A stretch of 64,000 bases of DNA from an uncultured Gemella sp. (GTDB lineage: Bacteria > Bacillota > Bacilli > Staphylococcales > Gemellaceae). Below, piece after piece: positions 19,810 through 29,756 of the stretch. Below the pieces are notes generated by a model. The model saw only the letters and a list, made by a program, of their open reading frames with translations. It was not told the origin of the DNA and did no database searches. A program made the translations under genes and the position numbers. Position 1 is the stretch's first letter; the number at the start of each line of letters is the position of its first letter. The stretch spans positions 5,561 through 69,560 of the forward strand of contig CALHQV010000132.1 in NCBI GenBank assembly GCA_938038035.1, written 5' to 3'.

Positions 19810-20218
19810 GAATAAAGTGATTTTTAAGACTAATTGCTTCGTTCGTATTTTCCTAGTTTGTTTATTTAAAGTTGATTTTATTCGTTTGCCTTTGATAGTT
19901 GAAGAAACAATAAGGCTGAATATCTATTGTAAGGGTAATCCCTCGGTACACTTCTAAACAAAGTTCTACGATAGATAGAAATTCTATAACTAGTCACATC
20001 CGGCCACTCCTCGTTCACTCTCCGCTGGAATTAGGCTACACATGGAAGCGAATACAAGTACCGAAAATTTCCATAGGTGGATAATGACCTAACGACCACC
20101 TCAATCAACGAATTAAAATAGGGACGGTATTCGTTGAATCGTTTTGGTTTCCTTTTAAGAGAAGTTGATGAAAAGAAAAGCTATAGTACCTCTAGAGTAG
20201 GATATCCTACTCTAGAGG
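19810..20218 (+). ncRNA. Putative structured late ncRNA 2 with anti-RBS segments
   Basis: About 500 bp without an ORF; TATG at 19807-19810; stems 19810-19817/19876-19883, 19888-19892/19912-19916, 19921-19931/19967-19977, 19999-20004/20024-20029, atggaa/ttccat, aggtgg/ccacct, tcaacgaat/attcgttga; long-range tcggtac/gtaccga pairing; terminal hairpin. Confidence 0.65.
20189..20218 (+). terminator. Hairpin terminator
   Basis: cctctagagtaggatatcctactctagagg, perfect 30-bp palindrome. Confidence 0.75.
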
Positions 20219-20298
20219 GAAATAGTTTATTATGTTTTTATGAGGTCGATGGATACTCGATTAATGTTAATCTTTAAATTGAAAAAAAGGATATTATA

Positions 20299-20673
20299 AT
20301 GTCTAAAAAATTCCCTAAGCTCCCTATCGAGCTAGAACCTACTGAGAAACCTTTGGAATCTGATTCTACTTTGATTGCTGGTCTGAAAGTTGTTTACAAC
20401 GATGAGACTTTGCCTAAAGACGAACACAATGACCAATTGGTGAAAAACCGTAAAGCAATGTATCGTGGTGAATTACCACCAGCTAAAGAAGAAAAAGCTG
20501 ATGGTAAAGCTGGTAAAGAAGAAACTGGTGAACCTGGTGCAGCCCGTGCTAACTTTGTACCTCCAGTAAATGCTGTACCAGGTCGTGCAGGTGATGGCGA
20601 TGCTGTAACTGGTGAAGAAGCTCGCCGTGATGGTAAACCAGCATCAACAGTAAACCCTAAAGATAAACTCTGA
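20299..20673 (+). CDS. Small low-complexity protein, possibly virion-associated
   Basis: 124 aa, E/K/G/A/P-rich, strong RBS, terminator at 20692-20726. Confidence 0.65.
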   Translation: MSKKFPKLPIELEPTEKPLESDSTLIAGLKVVYNDETLPKDEHNDQLVKNRKAMYRGELPPAKEEKADGKAGKEETGEPGAARANFVPPVNAVPGRAGDGDAVTGEEARRDGKPASTVNPKDKL

Positions 20674-20784
20674 TACTTAATCTAAACTAACTTACTATAC
20701 GCCGACCTTATGGTTGGTGTATAGTAAATATTATTGGTATCTTATCTTTTTTGATAGTGATTAATATTAACAGGAGTTCTAACT

Positions 20785-22971
20785 ATGTCTTATCTAGATA
20801 GAATAAATATAGATTTTGATAGAGATTTATTCATTCTTCCAGTAGATGAATATAAACGAGATATTGACCCAATTGGTCAGTATATCGAGCAACAAGCTCA
20901 ATTCTTACACATCATGGAAGATATCTCTATAGAAGAAGCAGAAACATTTGTTAAGAAAACCATTGGTAAAGAAGGTAAATATCCTATTAGAAACCCAATG
21001 GTAACTTATGTTCGTAAAGATGAATATGGTGACCGAGTTAAAGACAGAACTAGTTTATTAACTTATATTAACTCTACTTTAAAAGAGAGTGAGATATTAA
21101 CAGCTACATTTACGACATTTGTTAGTCAAGATAAAAAATTATCTTATATTTCGGAATATGTAGACCACCAAATCCCTAAGCGTAAAAAATTAAAGAAACT
21201 CCAGTTTCAAAAGAAACAAGAAGGTGATAAAGTAGGTGAAGCATTTGCTAATAACGGACAGAACAATATTAAACGTTCTATTAACTCCATCTCTGGTGCC
21301 TCTTCTATCGTCTCTACGCCTATCTACATGGCCTCTATGCACCCTATCCTTACTTCTACTTGTCGGATGACTTCAGGCTATGCTAACGCTAACAATGAGA
21401 AGCTATTGGGTGGTAATCGCCATTACCATAATCCAGACATTACCATTAATAACCTTTGTGTACTAACTTATCGAATTAATGAAGATAAGATTGAGAAGTT
21501 TCTTAATGATAATAACCTTTATGTCCCAACAGCTGAAGAGTTATTTGAAGACGTATTAAACTCTACACGTCTATATTGGAGATGGTCTGAAAAAGAACAA
21601 ATTATCTTAGAATTCTTAAAGAAATGTAATCGAGAACAAAGAGCTTCTATTGCATTTACTTACGACATGTATTTAATGCGTAAATATAATCCAGAATTCA
21701 TGAAAAAGTTTATTATTCGTTTAGCGACCAATAAAGTACCTGATTCTGACATGACTATTGCTGATGCTAAAACCATCTTTAGTAAAGCAAAAGAATCTAT
21801 TCGTAATATTGGTATCCAGATTAATGCTGATTTAGTAAAAGGTTTGAAAGAAGACCAATACGTAGATACAGATACTATTTTAAAAATCAGTAGCTGTATT
21901 GTTAATATCTACCAAACTTTTGAATTATACAGTGATTATATTACGACATTCTTAAGAAGTAACCATATCCCACCATCTCTTGCTATGTTCCCAAATAGCT
22001 TAAGGAAAGTAGTATTGATGTCAGATACAGACTCCTCTATGTTTACCACACAAGGTTGGACAAACTGGATTGTAGATGAAACCAATGACGAAACCTTACG
22101 TTTCCCTGTATTTGCAAATATCGTAGGTTTAGTAGATGCTACTTTAAAACACCATTTGGCTATTATGTCTTTTAACTTAGGTGTCTCTAAGAAGAAATGG
22201 TCTTTAATCTCCATGAAGAATGAGTTTAGTTTTGATACATTCGCTTCCATGGGTAAAACCAAACACTATATTGCTTCGATTAACTATCAAGAAGGCAACG
22301 TATATAGTAAGATTTCTATTGAGAAGAAAGGTGTTCACTTAAAGAACTCTAACTCACCTCAAGAAATTATTAACCATGCTGAAGATATTATGCTTCGTCT
22401 TTATAGTATTAAAGAGAGAGCAGAGAGAAAGCTAGACAATTATTCTGTTAAATTAACCACCATTCTTAAAGAAATTGCTGATGAAGAAAGAAAGATTTTC
22501 AGAATCGTAGACCAAGGTGATGTAGAATATTATCGGTCTAAACAGATTAAAGATGAGGAAGCATATAAGAATGATGGTGAGAATTCACCTTATGCTCACT
22601 ATACCTTCTGGAATGAAACATTTGGTCATTATTACGGTTTTACAGCACCTCCACCTTATAGTGCATTTGATGTAAAACTAAGTATTAACAATAAGACTAA
22701 AATGAAAGAGTTCTTAGACTCATTTGAAAATCAAGAATTAGCAGATAAGATTAGGAAGAATATGGAAAGACGTGGTAAAGATGTATTAGGTACCATCAAT
22801 ATCCCGTATGAAGTATTTGTTGGTAAATCTATTCCAAAAGAGATTATCCCTTATGTAGCTAAGCGAGAATTGGTAGCAAATATTTGTAGCCCTTACTATA
22901 TCGCATTAGAAGCAGTAGGTATGTTCTTCTTGGATAAGAATGTAACTAAACTAATCTCTGATTATTACTAA
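20785..22971 (+). CDS. polB: Split family-B DNA polymerase, C-terminal subunit (phiKZ gp50-like)
   Basis: Motif B KRSINSISG, motif C MSDTDS, TKHY and KKGV motifs; lacks exonuclease and motif A. Confidence 0.88.
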   Translation: MSYLDRINIDFDRDLFILPVDEYKRDIDPIGQYIEQQAQFLHIMEDISIEEAETFVKKTIGKEGKYPIRNPMVTYVRKDEYGDRVKDRTSLLTYINSTLKESEILTATFTTFVSQDKKLSYISEYVDHQIPKRKKLKKLQFQKKQEGDKVGEAFANNGQNNIKRSINSISGASSIVSTPIYMASMHPILTSTCRMTSGYANANNEKLLGGNRHYHNPDITINNLCVLTYRINEDKIEKFLNDNNLYVPTAEELFEDVLNSTRLYWRWSEKEQIILEFLKKCNREQRASIAFTYDMYLMRKYNPEFMKKFIIRLATNKVPDSDMTIADAKTIFSKAKESIRNIGIQINADLVKGLKEDQYVDTDTILKISSCIVNIYQTFELYSDYITTFLRSNHIPPSLAMFPNSLRKVVLMSDTDSSMFTTQGWTNWIVDETNDETLRFPVFANIVGLVDATLKHHLAIMSFNLGVSKKKWSLISMKNEFSFDTFASMGKTKHYIASINYQEGNVYSKISIEKKGVHLKNSNSPQEIINHAEDIMLRLYSIKERAERKLDNYSVKLTTILKEIADEERKIFRIVDQGDVEYYRSKQIKDEEAYKNDGENSPYAHYTFWNETFGHYYGFTAPPPYSAFDVKLSINNKTKMKEFLDSFENQELADKIRKNMERRGKDVLGTINIPYEVFVGKSIPKEIIPYVAKRELVANICSPYYIALEAVGMFFLDKNVTKLISDYY

Positions 22972-22983
22972 TAGGAAATCAAA

Positions 22984-23377
22984 ATGAATAGTATATTCTG
23001 GGGTGTATACCTAGCAGATCTATGTAGTAAATAGAATACGTGAAGTATTTGGTGGTATTACTGTAGCTATTGCTATAGCATTTGCTGTTAAGGTATTATA
23101 CTTTATTTACATCGATAAAAACGGATATGTTAAAGAAAACGAATATCTTAATAAAGAAGAAATCAATGAGTTTTGGAAAAACCTAAATAAGAAATTTTGG
23201 GGTGTATTAGGTGGATTTGTAGTATTCACTATTCTTCTCAATATCGTTATTCCAAATAAAGAAACCATGTACGCTATGGTTGCTTCAGAAGCTGTAGGAC
23301 ACGCTATTGATTCTGATATAGTGAATAAAGCCATTCATTCAATCGATAAAGATTATAAACTTAAAGAAAGTAAGTAA
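22984..23377 (+). pseudogene. Frameshifted membrane protein gene (one extra base near 23030)
   Basis: AGGAAA RBS; MNSIFWGVYLADLCSK* then an open +1 frame with two hydrophobic segments and IPNKETMYAM; total 394 nt = 3n+1. Confidence 0.7.
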
Positions 23378-23436
23378 ATATATCTCTACTCTACCTTAAT
23401 AGGTAGAGTAGAGTATACTTATCTATATCTTATTTT

Positions 23437-24531
23437 TTATAGTTTAAATAACCATTCAATTTCTTCAACATATAAATCATGTAAATCAGAAATCCTACTA
23501 TCCTTAAATACACGTCCTCCATTAAGAGAAATCAATTCCTGTCTTAAGCGTGTTAAATAACCGCTATTGACATTCTTATCAGGAATAGCAGGTGTTAATA
23601 GACAATGCTTTAAGAATCTAGTCATAGCCAATACATATATCCATTTATTTTGTCTGGTTAACAATATCTTAGGTGTATCCATAAACTCTAATGCTCTTAT
23701 GTCACCTACACCATGAATATTAGCAGCTATCTTCTCAATAGGATAATTACCCTTTCTAGCCATCATCCAAATATCTTCAATATCTTTATCTAACTCTTTA
23801 CTATTATTGTTTATGTAAAAAGAAGTACCAGCATAATCAATAGTCTTAGCCATAGAGTCATCAGTCAATAAGATATTCTTATTGATAATTACTTGGTTAA
23901 TGTGGCTAGGTAACATATTAGGTAAAACACACATTCCTAAGAAATATCCTGTATTAGGTAATTTATGGTCAGGATTAACCAACTTTATTTCTCTATGGTG
24001 TCTTAACCACGCAGCATACTGTAAATGCAATAAATTGATGTCAATTTGAATAATAGCAAATCCAGGTCTATCTACATAGTTCTTACTGGTCATTAGGTTA
24101 TAACTAATGTGGTTTTGGTCATGACGTAAAACAGTAACAGGCACTAAGTCTTGCCAGTTTTCTTTTACATATTCCCAATCCCAATAGTTATCTACTTGTG
24201 TAATGATTTCTGTAGTAGTGGGACCGTAGAAGTTACCATAGTGTAATTTACCAATACTTCGGTCTGAAGATAAACCTAATGCATTTGCATGATACCATGC
24301 CTTATCGTTATTATAAACATAGGCAGATACGAATTTATCTGGTATGTTTTTAGGCATGGCAAATGATTCAATAATACGGTGAAGAATATGGTAACCACCT
24401 ACGTAATAATAGTTATTACGATACCAGTTAATGGCTTTAGCTAGTCGGTTATCAATAACTCGATTAGCGAATTTTAGGTGCCACACATCTTCTTTACGAA
24501 ACCGTGTAGGAAATCCGACTAGATTAAACAT
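23437..24531 (-). CDS. Conserved protein (phiKZ gp52-like)
   Basis: 364 aa, minus strand between polymerase and chimallin as in phiKZ-like genomes. Confidence 0.6.
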   Translation of the reverse strand: MFNLVGFPTRFRKEDVWHLKFANRVIDNRLAKAINWYRNNYYYVGGYHILHRIIESFAMPKNIPDKFVSAYVYNNDKAWYHANALGLSSDRSIGKLHYGNFYGPTTTEIITQVDNYWDWEYVKENWQDLVPVTVLRHDQNHISYNLMTSKNYVDRPGFAIIQIDINLLHLQYAAWLRHHREIKLVNPDHKLPNTGYFLGMCVLPNMLPSHINQVIINKNILLTDDSMAKTIDYAGTSFYINNNSKELDKDIEDIWMMARKGNYPIEKIAANIHGVGDIRALEFMDTPKILLTRQNKWIYVLAMTRFLKHCLLTPAIPDKNVNSGYLTRLRQELISLNGGRVFKDSRISDLHDLYVEEIEWLFKL

Positions 24532-24862
24532 ATTTATAGTCTTTCTTATTTAAATAGGTAATAGAATAAAAGTATCATCATAACATTTTATTATTTATTA
24601 TACTGAGATAAAACTTGTATATACCTATATATGAATATGTACGAATTAGATACTCATGAGAGTATCGACCCTAAGAGATATAATATCTATTTTATTAGAT
24701 ACATGAAAAAACATTAATTTTTAATGTATTTAAAAAAATTATGGTAATATATCATTAAAGTGTAGTAGGTAGTATTGATGTCAATATTACATATTACAAA
24801 CAAGGCTAATACAGCCGTGTTTAATTAAGCTTAATTTAACATTCTTTGAAAAGGAAATCAAA

Positions 24863-26839
24863 ATGGCAATTAATGACAAACGCCAACCACAACAACCTTC
24901 CGTTAATAGCATGGAAGACATCGGCAAAATCGCTGGTAACAGCAACTCTGGTAACACTACCAACACACAAAGCCAACCTAAACGCACTGGTTTCACCTTT
25001 GCTTCTCAAGAGGGCTTGTTCGGTTCTACCTTCACCGTCGTAAACGATGGCTTGATGAAGATGGTTGAACAAATGAAAACCATCATCAAAGAGAGCACCC
25101 AATCTAACCGACTGGAACTGGGTTTCTACCCACTCGACCGAAACAACCATGACCTTGGTATGGACATCCTCTTGGTTACTACCCGTGACACAGAACTGAA
25201 AGGCCCTCATGGCGTTTATGCACTGGTAATCTGTACATCAGATTCTACTCTGACTACTGAAACCACTCAAAATGCACCAGGCCAACGTGCGTACACAATC
25301 AATACATTCCCATCTCAAATCTTCGAAGCTGACAACATTGTACAATTCTTGTTGCAAGCTGCTCGTGATTGCTTGGGTACTAATGATGTTGTATTCGCAG
25401 GCGGTTGCCCAATCTTTACTGACTTCGTAAACTTCGAAGACAAGAAAGAAATTCAACCAGCTCTTCTGAATGCAATTAACGCATGTACCCTGAAAGCATT
25501 CGCTGCATTTAACGAAGCACAAGGTAAGCTTGAGGATATTAACTTGTTGGAATACGACAACAAGAAAGAAACCCTCGAAGTAGAACGCAAGCTGCTTGGT
25601 GGTGTGATTAAAGACTTCCACGGTAACCCAGTTCGTGCTGACTGGCAACATGTTGTAAATTCTCGTCAAGTACAACAAAACAATGTAGGTTTTGTTGGTG
25701 GCTCTGTAGCTAAAGAAGTATTCTCTATCTGTGGTTACACTGATGTAGTAATGGTAAACCCAGCCAACACTACCCATGTTGACTCACCATGGGCACGTAA
25801 GAAATTGGCTCAATCTACTGACGAGCAAATCTTCTTGCCAGTAAATGTATTTACCAGCTTGATGCCAACTCGCGCACAATCTTTGGGTAATATCATCTAC
25901 GCATTGGGTGTAGGTATTGGCGCTACATTTGCAGACTACTGGTACATCTACGAAGCATTGAACCCACTGAAACATCCTAACGATTGGCAGCATTCAATCG
26001 CAGGTTTGGGTTACGAAGCCTCTGAAATGTTCCGTCTGCCTGAGTTCGCCCCATTCCCAACTCCAGCCACTGACCCAAATGTATCTGAAAATGATTACTT
26101 GGACATCATTGGTCGTTACTTCTTGGATTCTACATCATTTGCAATCGATGTAGGTTTGGGTACTCCTACTGAATGGATGATGGCTGACTTTGTAAACGCA
26201 GCGTTTGAAGAAGACCATGTTGCAGTACAACCTGATTCTGAAAATGCTAAAATCTTGGCTGTAACTAACCACTTGTTCGGCGGTCGCTTTAAAGAAGTTT
26301 ACTCTTCTTTGGGTGGTACTGGTCGTGTGGTGTTTACTCTGCCAAATCGTCGTTACCTGGTAGGTCAATACCACAATGCACAAACTAACGAATTGCGTTC
26401 TCTGCAAGACGTTGACCGTTTGTTCTTGGACAATAACGTTAACGGCATTAAAGAAAACCTGGAATTCACTCGTGCATTGGTAGGTGCTCAATCTGACGTG
26501 CGACTGGAAGTACAACAAGGCATTGGTATTCAACAAGAAATCGTAGGTACTCTGTTGCCACACGCCCGTATCGTAGGTTACGGTGTACGTTTGGAAATTG
26601 AAAACATCTACGCTCGCGCTGTACATCAATGTATGTTGGAAGTAGGTCCACGTCTGATTAACCGCAACGCTGTGGCTAACTTCGGTCAAACCATGTTTGC
26701 AAACTACATTGGCGCAGCAATGATTGAATCTTTGGGTCGTTCTATCCTGTCTAACCAAACTTCAAGCAACACACAACGTAGCTCTCTGTTTGGTGCACGC
26801 TGGAGTAATGTCGTAAACGCTAGTGGTAACAACTACTAA
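24863..26839 (+). CDS. chmA: Chimallin, phage nuclear shell protein (phiKZ gp54 / 201phi2-1 gp105-like)
   Basis: 658 aa; between gp52-like gene and nvRNAP beta-prime; marked high-expression codon bias; flexible N/C termini; own promoter and terminator. Confidence 0.8.
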   Translation: MAINDKRQPQQPSVNSMEDIGKIAGNSNSGNTTNTQSQPKRTGFTFASQEGLFGSTFTVVNDGLMKMVEQMKTIIKESTQSNRLELGFYPLDRNNHDLGMDILLVTTRDTELKGPHGVYALVICTSDSTLTTETTQNAPGQRAYTINTFPSQIFEADNIVQFLLQAARDCLGTNDVVFAGGCPIFTDFVNFEDKKEIQPALLNAINACTLKAFAAFNEAQGKLEDINLLEYDNKKETLEVERKLLGGVIKDFHGNPVRADWQHVVNSRQVQQNNVGFVGGSVAKEVFSICGYTDVVMVNPANTTHVDSPWARKKLAQSTDEQIFLPVNVFTSLMPTRAQSLGNIIYALGVGIGATFADYWYIYEALNPLKHPNDWQHSIAGLGYEASEMFRLPEFAPFPTPATDPNVSENDYLDIIGRYFLDSTSFAIDVGLGTPTEWMMADFVNAAFEEDHVAVQPDSENAKILAVTNHLFGGRFKEVYSSLGGTGRVVFTLPNRRYLVGQYHNAQTNELRSLQDVDRLFLDNNVNGIKENLEFTRALVGAQSDVRLEVQQGIGIQQEIVGTLLPHARIVGYGVRLEIENIYARAVHQCMLEVGPRLINRNAVANFGQTMFANYIGAAMIESLGRSILSNQTSSNTQRSSLFGARWSNVVNASGNNY

Positions 26840-26859
26840 TTACCTTCTGAAATAGAAGT

Positions 26860-26897
26860 AAATACTGCCGAGGGGATAAAACCCTTCGGTAGTATTT
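26860..26897 (+). terminator. Rho-independent terminator of chimallin
   Basis: aaatactgccgagggg...cccttcggtagtattt followed by T-rich tract. Confidence 0.75.
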
Positions 26898-26994
26898 TAT
26901 TTTTATTTTGTATAATTTTTCAAGATTCGATATATTTGAGTAGTTTATACTGCTTTTATATAAGGAAACTAGGAATTTAAAGAGAGGTAATTCA

Positions 26995-28530
26995 ATGGGT
27001 GTACATTTAAAATACATTAGTTCAGATGAGCTATTTAATAGAACCCATCACACCAAAATCGTAATCAATGAATTATCTAATCGTACTATCCGAGATAAAG
27101 CGATTGTAAATAGTTTATTGATGTTGGAGGTAGGTGAAGCATTTGACAATATCCCTAGTTGTCAGTGTGGTGCACTTTCAATGAACATCTACAAAGGTGT
27201 ACGATGTAGTAAATGTGATTCGGTCGCAGAAGAGGTTGTATCTACCGACTTAGATAATAAAATGTGGGTACGTGCGCCAATTGGTGTTCCTGCATTGATG
27301 AATCCAATGTTGTGGTTTCAATTACAAACATATTTGGAACGTTCGACCTATAAGTTTAATTTATTGCAATGGTTAACTGACCCTACGTATAAACCAAAGG
27401 TAACAAAGTTCACCAAATCTATTTCGATGATGTTACAAAGACTAGATGAATTAGGTTTAAATGTTCGAGATTATCAGCACTTTTACGATAACTTCGATAC
27501 TTATATTCATTTACTTTTAACAGAAAAAGAATTTAGACGCAGTTCCGATACGACTTCAGTATCTGGTGAAGCATTACTAAAACTTTTCAAAGAAAATCGA
27601 GATATTGTTTGGCAGCAATATATTCAAATCCCAAATAAAGCTGTTACCATTATTGAAAACTCAAATGGTAAAAAGTGGATTGACCCAAGTACACCAAAAC
27701 TATTGCGAGCTATTCGTTTAATGGTAGGTATTGACAATGAGGATAATGTCCGTGGTGGTATTTCTACTAAAACCAAATTAGCCAGAGCTTCTAAGTTCTT
27801 GAGCTATTTTAGTGAATATCAATCTATGGAAATTAACCCTAAGTTCTTGGGTTCTAAACCAGGTGAAATCCGTAAACACGTTATTGCTACACGTTCTAAC
27901 TTTACAGGTCGTTTTGTAGTAACTGCCATCAATGGCCCACACCATTATTCAGAAGTGCGTTTACCATGGATTGGGTTTATGGGTATGTTTGCTCCACAAA
28001 TTCGTGCCAAACTATACCACAAGTATGGTTTATCTTCAGCTAGAGTAAATGAAATCATGACTAAGTATCAAAAGGTTTATCACCCTAAGATACATGAAAT
28101 CATGTTAGAGTTGATTAGTGAATCTACAGACTCCGAAGGTAATGTAGGTATTACTATTATCATTAACCGTAACCCATCGTTGAAACATGGTTCGATTGTA
28201 CGATTACGTATTCCTCCAGTAGTAGGTGTTAAGACAGATGTGCGTGATATGTCTGCTTCAACCTCTGGTAAAATTGCAGCATGGTATAATGGTGACTTTG
28301 ATGGTGACCAAGAAACTTTCTTAGCTGTACTGGATAAACGTATGTCAAAAGCATTTGAACCATTTGACGCTAAGTATTCAGTAGGTGATTTAATCAATGT
28401 TTACGAAGCAGACGGTGTGACTTCCATTTCTAAACAAACAGCAATGGCTTTAGCGAATACGTTATTGCTACACGATGAGCAACAACCAACCAAAGCACAA
28501 GCTGACTTTATGTCTAGATTTGTAGCATAA
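26995..28530 (+). CDS. rpoC: Non-virion RNA polymerase beta-prime N-terminal/catalytic subunit (phiKZ gp55-like)
   Basis: Zn finger CQCG...CSKC, NRNPSL, catalytic YNGDFDGD. Confidence 0.92.
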   Translation: MGVHLKYISSDELFNRTHHTKIVINELSNRTIRDKAIVNSLLMLEVGEAFDNIPSCQCGALSMNIYKGVRCSKCDSVAEEVVSTDLDNKMWVRAPIGVPALMNPMLWFQLQTYLERSTYKFNLLQWLTDPTYKPKVTKFTKSISMMLQRLDELGLNVRDYQHFYDNFDTYIHLLLTEKEFRRSSDTTSVSGEALLKLFKENRDIVWQQYIQIPNKAVTIIENSNGKKWIDPSTPKLLRAIRLMVGIDNEDNVRGGISTKTKLARASKFLSYFSEYQSMEINPKFLGSKPGEIRKHVIATRSNFTGRFVVTAINGPHHYSEVRLPWIGFMGMFAPQIRAKLYHKYGLSSARVNEIMTKYQKVYHPKIHEIMLELISESTDSEGNVGITIIINRNPSLKHGSIVRLRIPPVVGVKTDVRDMSASTSGKIAAWYNGDFDGDQETFLAVLDKRMSKAFEPFDAKYSVGDLINVYEADGVTSISKQTAMALANTLLLHDEQQPTKAQADFMSRFVA

Positions 28531-28538
28531 AGAAAGGA

Positions 28539-29171
28539 ATGAGTATGGCTAGATTACACTTGGGTGGTAGAGATACAGCTCGTGTACATATGTACGGTAC
28601 CATGAACATGGATACAGTCAATTTTATTCAAAATAGAATTGATAACATCACTAACCTATATGGTGAAGGGGCAGCGTGGTTTCAAGATAAACTACAGCAA
28701 AGATTTAACGACAGTGCTATTCGTTCTATCAATATTGCTCAAAACAATATGCGTTATAGTGGTGGCGTATTCGACGATGGTATCCACCAAATGTTTAGCA
28801 TTGATGACTTTAGGACAGCATCTCGTAATAACCAACGATACGTTCTCTCTAATCCTTACTTCCAGAAAGAATATAGTAGTGGACGTATCGAAGGTTGGGG
28901 ATTTGAAGAAGACAGATTCCCTAAACTCACAGGTGAAGACAATCCATATTATCAACAAGTGGTGGATGGTATGGTTCAGTACGCTGATGAGAATTACGAT
29001 GGTGAAGAACACGATGAGAAATTTGTCATTTATTCCAATGACGCATTAGATGAACTTCCTGAACTCTTAATGAATCAGAAAGTTATGGTGCGTAATAACT
29101 GGAATAGATTCTATGGCATGATTTCAGAGGGTGAAGAAGATCCATCTAGTTTACATGGTGCATACCTTTAA
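28539..29171 (+). CDS. Conserved protein (phiKZ gp59/Imp3-like candidate)
   Basis: 210 aa directly after beta-prime; synteny and recalled family pattern only. Confidence 0.45.
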   Translation: MSMARLHLGGRDTARVHMYGTMNMDTVNFIQNRIDNITNLYGEGAAWFQDKLQQRFNDSAIRSINIAQNNMRYSGGVFDDGIHQMFSIDDFRTASRNNQRYVLSNPYFQKEYSSGRIEGWGFEEDRFPKLTGEDNPYYQQVVDGMVQYADENYDGEEHDEKFVIYSNDALDELPELLMNQKVMVRNNWNRFYGMISEGEEDPSSLHGAYL

Positions 29172-29245
29172 TATCTGATACAGACTACTACCACTAGTAA
29201 TAGTGGTAGTAGCCTTCCTATAACTTTTATTTTTTAGGGTAAATC

Positions 29246-29734
29246 ATGAAACCTAGAAGCAATAATCCAAAAATAAAACTGGTTCCTACTTTGGATAAAG
29301 AAGGATGGTTACAATATGGTGAAAAGAATAAACTAGATCGATTACTGGCTTATTTTTTTACATCTGAAGCGTCTCAATCTACATTATACTATGGTAGCAT
29401 ACCCACCTATCAATCTATTGCAGCTAATAATATAGAAGACATTTCTACTCTTAGGGAACAACTAGAAACAAGTGTTACTGAATACTTAAGAAAGTATTTA
29501 GAGAGTGTGAATGTTGAAGTCTATGTTACTACAGTAGATGGTGTAATTAAAGATATCCACGAATTAGAAGCAGAAAATGCAGTGGGTATTAAAATGAATG
29601 TCCAATATTACGATAACGATAAATTCGTTGTTTTTGAGAAGAATGTAATCTATAAAGAAGGTATCTTCAATTATGTATTGGATAAATTCAACACAGGTTT
29701 TTCTATCTCGGAAGATTACCGTGATCCACGTTAA
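29246..29734 (+). CDS. Hypothetical protein in nucleus gene block
   Basis: 162 aa ORF. Confidence 0.65.
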   Translation: MKPRSNNPKIKLVPTLDKEGWLQYGEKNKLDRLLAYFFTSEASQSTLYYGSIPTYQSIAANNIEDISTLREQLETSVTEYLRKYLESVNVEVYVTTVDGVIKDIHELEAENAVGIKMNVQYYDNDKFVVFEKNVIYKEGIFNYVLDKFNTGFSISEDYRDPR

Positions 29735-29756
29735 TTAGTAAAAAAAGGAAATTAAA

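Noticed and set aside
20112..20158. Minus-strand gene behind a consensus RBS
   Set aside because: Start position is ACG and the frame stops after 9 codons
23032..23034. TAG recoding / alternative genetic code
   Set aside because: Readthrough meets TGA two codons later; the continuation is in another frame and all other genes are intact under code 11
24787..27017. Long antisense ORFs over chimallin (and similar shadows over other genes)
   Set aside because: Expected by-product of codon bias on the coding strand; no RBS or protein-like features
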